DNA of 32,000 bases from Candidatus Saccharimonadota bacterium (GCA_016432445.1 CP066689.1:150001-182000); one strand, 5' to 3'. Positions 1-7,578 are shown, numbered from the stretch's first letter. Notes: generated from the sequence alone by a model not told the origin. Numbers and translations: made by a program.

Positions 1-29
1 CGGTAGAAAAAGTATCTAAAAGTAATGAT

Positions 30-64
30 ACTAGCGCTCATATTTAACTTGGGCGCTAGTTTTC
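30..64 (+). terminator. Putative rho-independent terminator of an off-window upstream gene
   Basis: 8-bp stem ACTAGCGC (30-37) / GCGCTAGT (53-60), 15-nt loop, followed by TTTT (61-64). Confidence 0.4.
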
Positions 65-78
65 TGTTACATCAAAAC

Positions 79-107
79 TTGACAAGGAAATAATTATTTT
101 ACATACT
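79..107 (+). promoter_or_regulatory. Sigma70-like promoter of the 115..444 / 441..1766 gene pair
   Basis: TTGACA (79-84), 17-nt spacer, CATACT (102-107), then 7 nt to ATG 115. Confidence 0.5.
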
Positions 108-114
108 TTTATTT

Positions 115-444
115 ATGGAAAACATGGCTCAAGTTCCCTCATCTACTTCAGCTCAAGTAGTAACCGCTAATTCTTCACCAAGATCCCATAAAATATTTAT
201 TTTTCTTGGAATCTTTTTATTTATATTACTGCTTATTATTGGTGGCGGTGTAGTTTATATAATGACTTTAAAAAAGAATAATTCTTCTCCATCTATAATA
301 AATACATCTTCATTATCTCCAACTGCAGTCCCTACACCAACAACATTACTTAAAGAAGAATACAAAAATCCATTTGAGGAAAAAAACCAGTATCAGAATC
401 CTTTTGAAACATCAGAAAATCCATTTGATGCTTTAAGCCAATGA
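115..444 (+). CDS. Small single-pass membrane protein with Pro/Thr/Ser-rich linker and three C-terminal NPF motifs (hypothetical)
   Basis: 109 aa. One clear hydrophobic helix (IFIFLGIFLFILLLIIGGGVVYIM). Tail is YKNPFEEKNQYQNPFETSENPF. Its TGA stop overlaps the next ATG (ATGA at 441-444). Confidence 0.5.
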   Translation: MENMAQVPSSTSAQVVTANSSPRSHKIFIFLGIFLFILLLIIGGGVVYIMTLKKNNSSPSIINTSSLSPTAVPTPTTLLKEEYKNPFEEKNQYQNPFETSENPFDALSQ

Positions 445-1766
445 AAAAAATAATCAATATAATTTTTATTATCGTTATAACAGTTATAACTGTTATACAA
501 GTCACTGAAGTAAAAGCTCAAGAAGCATCTGAAGCCAATGCAAAAAAATTTGGTATTTCCTTTCCTGTAGCCGAGCTTGGTAACTGTGCTTCAGTTTCTG
601 AGTGCAAAACTTACTGTGATGATAGCGCCAATAGAACACAATGTATAGCTTTTGCCAAGAAAAAAGGTTTTTATAAAGAAGAAAAGTTAGATGATAAAAA
701 AAGAGAAATGATTCAAACTGCCAAAGATAGTCTTGGCTGTAGTGATGAAGAGTCATGTAAGGTAGTTTGCAGCAAGGAGGAAAATTATGAAAAATGCAGT
801 CAGTTTGCGAAAAAAAATGGTTTTGAAGGTCCAAAAAGACAAAATCCTGGTGATAAAAAAATAATTCAGAAAGCCAAGGAGATATTAGGCTGCACCTCAG
901 AAGAGTCATGTAAATCAATTTGTGAACAGGATAATAATAAAGACAAATGTTCAGAGTTTGCTAAACAAACTGGTTTGGGGGGTGGAATACGGCGTGTTGG
1001 TCCGGGAGGTTGTAATTCTGAGGAAAGCTGTCGTAGCTACTGTGAAAAAAATGAAGATGAATGTAGAAAATTTGGAGGTGGCGGTGGTCCTCCTCCTGGC
1101 TCAACCGGTAAAATGCAAGGTCCGGGGGGATGCAATAGCGAGGAATCATGCCGGTCTTATTGTGAAAAAAATCCTGAAGAATGTAAAAAGTTTGGAGGCG
1201 GTTCTCCAGATAGACAAGGACAGCCGCCGCCTGAGGCGCAAAGACGAGGCCCAGGTGGATGCGATAGTGAAGAATCGTGTAAATCTTACTGTGAAAAAAA
1301 TCCTCAAGAGTGTGGAGGGAAAAGAGACGAAGGAGAACGGCGAGGTTTTGATCAAAGTGGTTTTAACCAAAGTGAAAGCAAAGAAGATTTCTGCCGCAAG
1401 AATCCTGACAAATGCCGTTTGCCTGAAAATCTTCAACAGCAAAATATTAGTCAGGAGGAATTCTGTAAAAATAATCCAGATAAATGCGTTCAAAATAAAA
1501 AAGAACAGCGGGAGCAGTTTATAAGACCTCCCGAAGATAGTCAGAGAATTGAAAAACCACCGGAGAGTTTTCAACGACCTCAGGGAGAAAATAGAAGTTT
1601 TCAGCCGCCTCAGGGAGAATTAAGACGTGACCAGCAGCCTGAGAATTTTCAAAGACCCCCGTCAGGAGAAGTGAGACAAGAACAAAAACCGCCTGAAGTG
1701 AAAGGAGCTTCTTCATCTTTTTCCTTGCTTAACAAAATCATTCAATTTTTCCTTCTTAAAAATTAA
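441..1766 (+). CDS. Secreted cysteine-rich repeat protein (hypothetical) with a C-terminal Pro/Gln/Arg-rich repeat region
   Basis: 441 aa. Signal-peptide-like N-terminus (cleavage near VKA/QE). Six units of C-x5-C-x3-C-x6-8-C (GCxSEESCxxxCEKNxxEC) plus two half units, 28 Cys by my count, then FQRPP/FQPPQGE-type repeats. Repeats are conserved in protein but diverged at synonymous sites. Confidence 0.7.
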   Translation: MKKIINIIFIIVITVITVIQVTEVKAQEASEANAKKFGISFPVAELGNCASVSECKTYCDDSANRTQCIAFAKKKGFYKEEKLDDKKREMIQTAKDSLGCSDEESCKVVCSKEENYEKCSQFAKKNGFEGPKRQNPGDKKIIQKAKEILGCTSEESCKSICEQDNNKDKCSEFAKQTGLGGGIRRVGPGGCNSEESCRSYCEKNEDECRKFGGGGGPPPGSTGKMQGPGGCNSEESCRSYCEKNPEECKKFGGGSPDRQGQPPPEAQRRGPGGCDSEESCKSYCEKNPQECGGKRDEGERRGFDQSGFNQSESKEDFCRKNPDKCRLPENLQQQNISQEEFCKNNPDKCVQNKKEQREQFIRPPEDSQRIEKPPESFQRPQGENRSFQPPQGELRRDQQPENFQRPPSGEVRQEQKPPEVKGASSSFSLLNKIIQFFLLKN

Positions 1767-1851
1767 GCGGTCATCTAATTTTATTTTTCTTGCAGGTTTC
1801 ATACTTGTTTCTTTCGTTCTTTTGACCTTCTCACAATAATATATAGTAGAT

Positions 1852-4185
1852 ATGGTTTTTAACTTTTTACGGAAGGATAATGATGGTAATCAAAGAAAGG
1901 TAAGTCCGGCAATCTTTCTTAAAAAAATGGCGGTTTTTCCGACAGAAAAAATATCTCTAGTTTTAGAGGGAGAAGAAATTTCAAAAACAGTGTCAAAAGC
2001 TCACGATCATAAACATCAGATTGTCCTTCTTTTTCAAAAAGACTCAGAAAAAAGCGAAATTGGAGTTATGGCACGTATAATCCAACATCAAAGTATAACG
2101 CCTGCTCTTATTGGTTTGATTGTTGAAGGAGTAAAAAGAGTTAAAGTTTTAGCTGAGTTTTCTGAAGAAGGTATCAAACTGGCTGAGGTAGAAGAACTTC
2201 CTAAAAAAGAGGTGAAAGATGAGAAAGATGACACAGAGATAGAGGCGCTTTCACGCAGTGTACTAGATCAGTTTAAAAAACTTATTCAGCTTGAAGGAAC
2301 AGTTTCGTTTATGATTATTGAGACATTGCAAAAAGGATACATCTCTCCTGAGGATACAAGTAATATATTATCTTGGGCAATAAAACTTGATCTATCGGAA
2401 AAGTTTGTACTTCTTGAGACTCTAAACGTTAAAAAACGTTTAGAATTTTTAAGCGAGAAATTGGTAAAAGAAATGAATATTGCTCAAGCTGAACAAAGAA
2501 TTCAACATGAGATTGAGAAGGAAGTTGGTCAGGTACAAAAAGAGTTTATACTGCGTGAAAGGCTTAAAGCAATTGAGAAAGAACTGGGGATTTTTGAGGA
2601 ACAAAAAGAGTATGAGACATTAGAGAAAAAGCTCATGCAAGCAGGACTTCCTAAAGATCAAAAAACAAAAATTGTGGGAGAACTTCACCGTTTAAAACAG
2701 ATGCCTCCAGTCAGCGCTGAGGCACCTTACATTAGAACTTATCTAGAATGGATTAGTGAACTTCCTTGGAACAAAAGAAGTGAAGCAATTGTTGATTTAA
2801 AAAAAGCTAAAGAGATTCTAGATAAAGATCACTATGGTTTGGAAAAAACTAAAGAAAGAGTTTTGGAATATTTGGCTGTCCAAAAATTAACTGGAGGAAA
2901 AGGAAGGGGAACAATACTTTGTTTTGTAGGTCCGCCAGGTACAGGAAAAACATCTGTTGGTCAATCTATTGCCAGAGCGGTAGGGAGGAAGTTTGTCAGG
3001 ATGTCCTTTGGCGGTATTCGGGATGAGGCGGAAATAAGAGGTCATAGAAGAACCTACGTGGGTGCTTTGCCTGGAAGAATTATTCAAGGTATAAGAAATG
3101 CTGGTACTAAAAACCCAGTGTTTATGATTGATGAGATTGATAAGCTGGGAATGGATTTTAGGGGGGATCCGTCAGCGGCACTTTTGGAAGCTTTAGATTC
3201 TGCACAAAATAGTTTCTTTTCTGATCATTACATTGAGATTCCTTTTGATTTATCTGAAGTATTTTTTATAACCACAGCCAATATTTTAGATCCGATTCCT
3301 CCAGCTTTAAGAGACAGAATGGAAGTCATTGAGTTTCCAGGGTATACTGAGGATGAAAAATTCCATATTGGCAAAAATTATTTATTTCCCCGGGTTTTAG
3401 AGGCTCATGGTTTAAATCAAAAACAATTAAAGGTGGCTGATGATGCAATTCATAAAGTGATTATCCGTTATACAAGAGAAGCTGGAGTAAGAGAACTCGA
3501 GCGAAAATTAGCTGAAATGGCCAGAAAAATAGCTAAACAGGTAGCGGAAGGAGAGATTAAAAAAAACGTCGAAATTACATCCTCAAATCTAAGTGATTAC
3601 CTCGGTCCTGAAGAATATGAGATTACTATGCGGGAGGAGAAAGATGAGGTTGGAGTTTCAACTGGACTGGCATGGACTCCTGCAGGAGGAGAAATTATCT
3701 TTATTGAAGCGGCCTTAACTCCTGGGAAGGGGAACCTCACTTTAACTGGACAGTTAGGCACAGTCATGCAAGAGTCAGTTCGGGCAGCTTTAACTTATCT
3801 TCGTGAAAAATCAGAGGAACTGCATTTTGATCCTAATTTTTATTATAAATCTGATATCCATGTTCATGTGCCTTCAGGCGCAATTGCCAAAGATGGGCCA
3901 TCGGCTGGTACAGCGATTTTTGCGGCCTTAGCGTCATTGCTTACCAAACGAAAAGCCAAAAAAGATGTAGCTTTAACAGGTGAAATTACACTTTCTGGAA
4001 AAGTATTGCCTGTTGGTGGAATAAAAGAAAAAGTTTTGGCAGCTCACCGCAGCGGAGTCAAAAAAATTATTCTGCCTCAGCAGAATCAAAAAAATTTAGG
4101 AGACATTCCCAATGAAGTTCGTAAAGAACTTGATATAAAGTTTATTAAACGGGCTGACGAAGCATTGAGAATCGCTTTAGAGTAA
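1852..4185 (+). CDS. lon: ATP-dependent Lon protease
   Basis: 777 aa. Walker A GPPGTGKTS, Walker B FMIDEIDK, proteolytic Ser in DGPSAG and Lys in GGIKEK, N-terminal LON-type domain. Confidence 0.95.
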   Translation: MVFNFLRKDNDGNQRKVSPAIFLKKMAVFPTEKISLVLEGEEISKTVSKAHDHKHQIVLLFQKDSEKSEIGVMARIIQHQSITPALIGLIVEGVKRVKVLAEFSEEGIKLAEVEELPKKEVKDEKDDTEIEALSRSVLDQFKKLIQLEGTVSFMIIETLQKGYISPEDTSNILSWAIKLDLSEKFVLLETLNVKKRLEFLSEKLVKEMNIAQAEQRIQHEIEKEVGQVQKEFILRERLKAIEKELGIFEEQKEYETLEKKLMQAGLPKDQKTKIVGELHRLKQMPPVSAEAPYIRTYLEWISELPWNKRSEAIVDLKKAKEILDKDHYGLEKTKERVLEYLAVQKLTGGKGRGTILCFVGPPGTGKTSVGQSIARAVGRKFVRMSFGGIRDEAEIRGHRRTYVGALPGRIIQGIRNAGTKNPVFMIDEIDKLGMDFRGDPSAALLEALDSAQNSFFSDHYIEIPFDLSEVFFITTANILDPIPPALRDRMEVIEFPGYTEDEKFHIGKNYLFPRVLEAHGLNQKQLKVADDAIHKVIIRYTREAGVRELERKLAEMARKIAKQVAEGEIKKNVEITSSNLSDYLGPEEYEITMREEKDEVGVSTGLAWTPAGGEIIFIEAALTPGKGNLTLTGQLGTVMQESVRAALTYLREKSEELHFDPNFYYKSDIHVHVPSGAIAKDGPSAGTAIFAALASLLTKRKAKKDVALTGEITLSGKVLPVGGIKEKVLAAHRSGVKKIILPQQNQKNLGDIPNEVRKELDIKFIKRADEALRIALE

Positions 4186-4190
4186 GCTTT

Positions 4191-4282
4191 TGGTATGCCC
4201 CTTCGCTTCAAATACCTAACGAAGCTTCGATTTGTCAGCTCCGGTAGGCATACCACTTAAAATCGAAGCGGAGTGGTATAAT
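4191..4282 (+). repeat. GC-rich structured intergenic element (CGAAG-box family, copy E1) ending in an extended -10 box
   Basis: Stems: TGGTATGCC 4191-4199 / GGCATACCA 4247-4255; GCTTCGA 4224-4230 / TCGAAGC 4263-4269; ATACCACT 4250-4257 / AGTGGTAT 4272-4279. The first and third are mutually exclusive. Shares ACCYAACGAAGC and CGAAG..GTGGTATA with the element at 20461-20506. TGGTATAAT at 4274-4282. Confidence 0.55.
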
Positions 4283-4288
4283 TGGCCT

Positions 4289-5290
4289 GTGAAAATAAGA
4301 ACGCAAATTCAAAATCTAAATAATCATCAAGTCTTCAATAAAGTTAAAAGTTTAGCCTGTGAATATCTTAACAAACATAAATATCAAGAAATTGATCTCC
4401 CGGTTCTCTCACCAGTTTTAATTCCTGAGTCTTATCTTGAAATTTTTAAAACAGAACTTATTAATGGAAAAAAGAAAGAAGAACTTTATTTAACTCCTTC
4501 ACCTGAATTGTTTTTAAAAAGGTTAATTGTTCAAGGGTTAGGCAGTTGTTATTATCTCAATAAATCTTTTAGAAATGGCGACCTGGGAACCTCCCGGCAC
4601 TCTCCCGAGTTCAATATCCTTGAGTTTTACAAATTAGGTTCAAGTTATATGGATGTGGCTGATGAAACTTTAAAAATGATGCGTTTTATTGCCAAAAAGC
4701 TTTTTGGAAAAGATGAAATAATTTTTCAAAGAAGAAAAATTTCTTTTAAGAATTTAGAAAAAATCAGTGTTAGTCAGGCTTTTGAAAAATATGCCGAGAT
4801 GACTAATATATTAGATAAAGATAATTTTTTCAAACAAGCAAAAAATAAAGGATATGTGACAAATGGTTTTAATTATTCAGAAATATGGTCTCAGATATAT
4901 GTTCAGGAAGTTGAGCCGGAGCTTGGTAAAAAGGGTAAGCCCACAATTATTTATGATTATCCTTTTGAGATGGCGGCAATTGCCAGATTCAATAAAGAAA
5001 AAAAAGTTGCTGAAAGACTGGAGATTTATATTGAAGGAGTAGAACTTGGAAACTGCGGAAATGAAGTACTCGATGAAAATAAAAAAACTCTTAATCTAAA
5101 ATTCAATAATGAACAAAAAATGAGAAAAAAAATGAAAAAGTTCATCTATTCTCCAGATAAAGAATTTGTCAATGTTATTAAAGAACTGCCTTGGTGTTCA
5201 GGAATAGCTATAGGGTTGGATAGGTTGGCTATGATTTTTGCCAATGTTCCCAGTATTCAAGATCTTAAGTTGATAGATTTTGAGTATTAA
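4289..5290 (+). CDS. Class II lysyl-tRNA synthetase paralog lacking an anticodon-binding domain (EpmA/PoxA/GenX-like, EF-P lysyltransferase candidate)
   Basis: Motif 2-like FRNGDLGTSRHSPEFNILEFY and motif 3-like GIAIGLDRLAMIF; about 333 aa. Start set to in-frame GTG 4289 (TATAAT 4277-4282 plus 6 nt). The track's TTG 4232 start would read through the GC-rich element. Confidence 0.7.
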   Translation: MKIRTQIQNLNNHQVFNKVKSLACEYLNKHKYQEIDLPVLSPVLIPESYLEIFKTELINGKKKEELYLTPSPELFLKRLIVQGLGSCYYLNKSFRNGDLGTSRHSPEFNILEFYKLGSSYMDVADETLKMMRFIAKKLFGKDEIIFQRRKISFKNLEKISVSQAFEKYAEMTNILDKDNFFKQAKNKGYVTNGFNYSEIWSQIYVQEVEPELGKKGKPTIIYDYPFEMAAIARFNKEKKVAERLEIYIEGVELGNCGNEVLDENKKTLNLKFNNEQKMRKKMKKFIYSPDKEFVNVIKELPWCSGIAIGLDRLAMIFANVPSIQDLKLIDFEY

Positions 5291-5316
5291 TATTTTGTTA
5301 TACTTTTAAATTAATT

Positions 5317-5757
5317 ATGGTTACCGATTTAGAATTAAAATATCTCATTGAGAAAGCAAAATTGGCGCGGGAGAATGCTTTTGTTCCACGTTCTTCGCAT
5401 AAGGTGGGAGCTTGTATCCTTACTGAGGATGGAGAATATTTTGAAGGTTGTAATGTTGAAAGCATTATTTCGGGCTTAGGAACTTGCGCAGAAAGAGCGG
5501 CTATAGATCATGCGGTTATTCATGGAAAATATAATTTTAAAGCTTTAGTTTCTTTTGATGCAAAAATAAATTTTCCCTGCGGTGCTTGTCTTCAATATCT
5601 TTTAGAGTTTTATCAAGTTTCAGAAAAAGAAATAACCATTATATCAGCTGATATGGAAGGTAACATCAAAACAAATTCTCTATTTGAGCTACAGCCCCAT
5701 GGGTATCTTACTGAGAATAATTTAGATAGCTTAAAAAGCTATAAAGATAAAATGTAA
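5317..5757 (+). CDS. cdd: Cytidine deaminase
   Basis: 146 aa. Zinc-ligand motifs CAERAA and PCGACLQ typical of the small tetrameric cytidine deaminases. Confidence 0.85.
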   Translation: MVTDLELKYLIEKAKLARENAFVPRSSHKVGACILTEDGEYFEGCNVESIISGLGTCAERAAIDHAVIHGKYNFKALVSFDAKINFPCGACLQYLLEFYQVSEKEITIISADMEGNIKTNSLFELQPHGYLTENNLDSLKSYKDKM

Positions 5758-5764
5758 TACTTTT

Positions 5765-5782
5765 TTCTTACGATTTACTTAC
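5765..5782 (+). promoter_or_regulatory. TTCTTAC box, 2 copies phased at 11 bp (candidate response-regulator site)
   Basis: TTCTTAC 5765-5771, TACTTAC 5776-5782, then 6 nt, then TTGATA 5789-5794 and TATAAC 5813-5818. Confidence 0.45.
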
Positions 5783-5828
5783 TACTTTTTGATATTATTT
5801 TTAATTAAACAATATAACTTAAGTTCAT

Positions 5829-5939
5829 ATGGAAGAAAAAAAATATGGAAGAATTTTGTGGCAGTGGTTTTTAATTTATATTGTGATTGGCGTTATTATT
5901 TATGGTCTTATTTATTACCTAATAATTTCTTTTTTGTGA
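5829..5939 (+). CDS. 36-aa hydrophobic peptide (unannotated small ORF, hypothetical)
   Basis: MEEKKYGRILWQWFLIYIVIGVIIYGLIYYLIISFL. One TM-length helix. Its TGA overlaps the in-frame GTG 5936 of the next gene (GTGA). Downstream of the box and promoter at 5765-5818. Confidence 0.3.
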   Translation: MEEKKYGRILWQWFLIYIVIGVIIYGLIYYLIISFL

Positions 5940-6376
5940 AAAAAAAGATTTTTTCTAAAGACTTGGGAATTAATCTTGAGTCTAAAAAAGAATCAGAGTT
6001 GTTTAAATGGTTTTTAGCATGTCTTTTATTTGGTAAACCTATCCAACAGGAAGTGGCTAAACGTACTTATTTTGAGTTTGTTTTAGAAAGACTAGTGACG
6101 CCTAAGGCCATTCTTAAAGCAGGCTGGGATAAATTAGTAAGGGTGCTGGATAAAGGCCATTACGTAAGATATGATTACTCGACAGCTGCTAAATTAATTG
6201 AGATTTGTCAGGAACTTAAAAAAAAATACGGTAAAGTGATTAATCTTATAAAGAAATCAAAAAATAAAGAGGAATTAGTATTTCGCTTAAAAGAATTTAA
6301 AGGTATCGGTGAGGTTACTGCTAGAATTTTTCTACGGGATATAGATCCGGTTTTCCGTGTTTCTGGCGGTCACTGA
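5936..6376 (+). CDS. Helix-hairpin-helix protein (endonuclease III / HhH-GPD-like fragment, function unclear)
   Basis: HhH-like LKEFKGIGEVTARIFLRDI near the C-terminus. Start moved to GTG 5936, because the track's upstream extension (5789) is low-complexity and competes with the small TM ORF in another frame. Confidence 0.45.
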   Translation: MKKKIFSKDLGINLESKKESELFKWFLACLLFGKPIQQEVAKRTYFEFVLERLVTPKAILKAGWDKLVRVLDKGHYVRYDYSTAAKLIEICQELKKKYGKVINLIKKSKNKEELVFRLKEFKGIGEVTARIFLRDIDPVFRVSGGH

Positions 6377-7520
6377 AATCCATGATGTTTTCAATCTCAT
6401 CTATGACTTCTCTCATTCCTCTTTCTATAATTTTTCTTTGGGCTTTAGCCAATAGTAATTTTCCCGACATAAGCAAAACATGAAATTTAATTGTAAAAAA
6501 TTTTTTTGGAATTCCAGCGGCGTTTCTTGGTTCGTCAATATGGACTTCAATTTGTTTAATCGGATAGCGCTTATTAAATTTTTCGGCAAAATGATCAACG
6601 AGCTCGTATAAATTTTGAAGATAATAATCATCCAAACCTTTATGAGGTTTTTGCCAAATGGTGGGGATTGTGACTTTTGGTTTTAAATCAGCAATTGCTC
6701 TTAGGATATCATGTCTTGCTAAGAAACCGATAGGTTTACCTTCTTTAATAATAACGATGCTATGCCGTTTTGATTTTATCATTTTCTTTATAATCGTTTC
6801 AGTTTTAAGATTGCTGGGAGCGCTTACAACACGCATCATAGCAAACTCCATAATTGGAGAATCGATTCGATAAATTTTTTCTTCATCAAATGAAGATCGA
6901 ACTGGTTCAAGTTTTCCGGTAGTTACTTTTGTGGTATAACGCTGTCTTACAGTTTTGGCAATAAATGCATCCTCTAAGTCTCTTTGTGAAACAAGTCCTT
7001 GCAGTTTATCATTATTCACAAGTAAAACTCTAGTTATCTTTTTTTTCCGCATTAAATTATAAGCATCTTTTAAAGTAGTTTGTGTGTTAGTTGTTATTGG
7101 TTCTTTTATTTTTATTTTTTTTGCTAATCGGTTAAGCAGACGGGGAGTATTTATTATCTTTTCTATTATCTTGTCAGCTACTATTACTCCGTCAATCTTA
7201 TCCCCATTTTCAAATACTGGTAAAGTATAAATCTCTGATGCGAGCATAAAATCGGCAATTTCATATAGAGGTGTTTTCCAAGTAATATATGGAGGATGAA
7301 AAAGAGTATGAGAGAGTTTAGTAGTATAAGGTAGCCTTTTTTTAAACAAATCCGTATAAGGAGAAGAGAGTCCTAAAAACTTACCATCATCGAAAACAAA
7401 GATAGCTTCATGACTATTTTTAGTTTGAGCTAAAGCAGATCCTAAGTGGGCTTCGGGTGGAAGTTTAATAAACCGCTTCAAAGGAATAATTGTTGAAATT
7501 GCTTTATTTCTGCCATTCAT
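6321..7520 (-). CDS. Four-CBS-motif (two Bateman modules) protein with an HPF/RaiA (ribosomal S30AE)-like C-terminal domain
   Basis: 399 aa. Repeated CBS-type segments (e.g. ITRVLLVNNDKLQGLVSQRDL, HSIVIIKEGKPIGFLARHDIL). The last ~100 aa follow the beta-alpha-beta-beta-beta-alpha pattern of hibernation factors (see finding). Confidence 0.7.
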   Translation of the reverse strand: MNGRNKAISTIIPLKRFIKLPPEAHLGSALAQTKNSHEAIFVFDDGKFLGLSSPYTDLFKKRLPYTTKLSHTLFHPPYITWKTPLYEIADFMLASEIYTLPVFENGDKIDGVIVADKIIEKIINTPRLLNRLAKKIKIKEPITTNTQTTLKDAYNLMRKKKITRVLLVNNDKLQGLVSQRDLEDAFIAKTVRQRYTTKVTTGKLEPVRSSFDEEKIYRIDSPIMEFAMMRVVSAPSNLKTETIIKKMIKSKRHSIVIIKEGKPIGFLARHDILRAIADLKPKVTIPTIWQKPHKGLDDYYLQNLYELVDHFAEKFNKRYPIKQIEVHIDEPRNAAGIPKKFFTIKFHVLLMSGKLLLAKAQRKIIERGMREVIDEIENIMDFSDRQKHGKPDLYPVEKF

Positions 7521-7560
7521 AAAACTATTAATAATAGTAATCTGATTAATTCAAAGTTAA

Positions 7561-7578
7561 GTAAGATTAGCGTAAGAA
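7561..7578 (-). promoter_or_regulatory. TTCTTAC box, 2 copies phased at 11 bp, in the divergent CBS / EamA spacer
   Basis: Plus strand reads GTAAGAT 7561-7567 and GTAAGAA 7572-7578. On the minus strand, TTCTTAC gcta ATCTTAC, then 6 nt, then TTGAAT (7554-7549). It also abuts the EamA promoter: TTGGTA 7580-7585, 17 nt, TAAAAT 7603-7608. Confidence 0.45.

Noticed and set aside
502-1716. Five track ORFs (502..918-, 922..1524+, 961..1149-, 1146..1574-, 1519..1716-) overlapping the Cys-rich repeat gene
   Set aside because: All lie inside the 441..1766 frame, which has a signal peptide and a regular Cys repeat conserved at protein level despite synonymous divergence. The alternatives are low-complexity read-throughs typical of repeat DNA.
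2887-3087. Assorted antisense or alternate-frame track ORFs inside well-supported genes (2887..3087-, 6425..6631-, 6658..6873+, 9197..9382-, 12506..12715-, 14481..14684+, 17314..17496+, 19078..19269+, 21113..21370-, 21679..21870-, 21913..22107-, 23110..23316+, 23683..24343-, 24796..25140+, 27436..27693+, 28232..28529, 29997..30191+, 30488..30772-)
   Set aside because: Each is fully embedded in a longer ORF with recognisable family motifs. None has its own promoter or start context, and their sequences are low-complexity.
4232-4288. TTG start of the EpmA-like ORF
   Set aside because: The extra 19 codons translate the GC-rich palindromic element. A -10 box plus an in-frame GTG at 4289 fits the start pattern seen elsewhere in the window.
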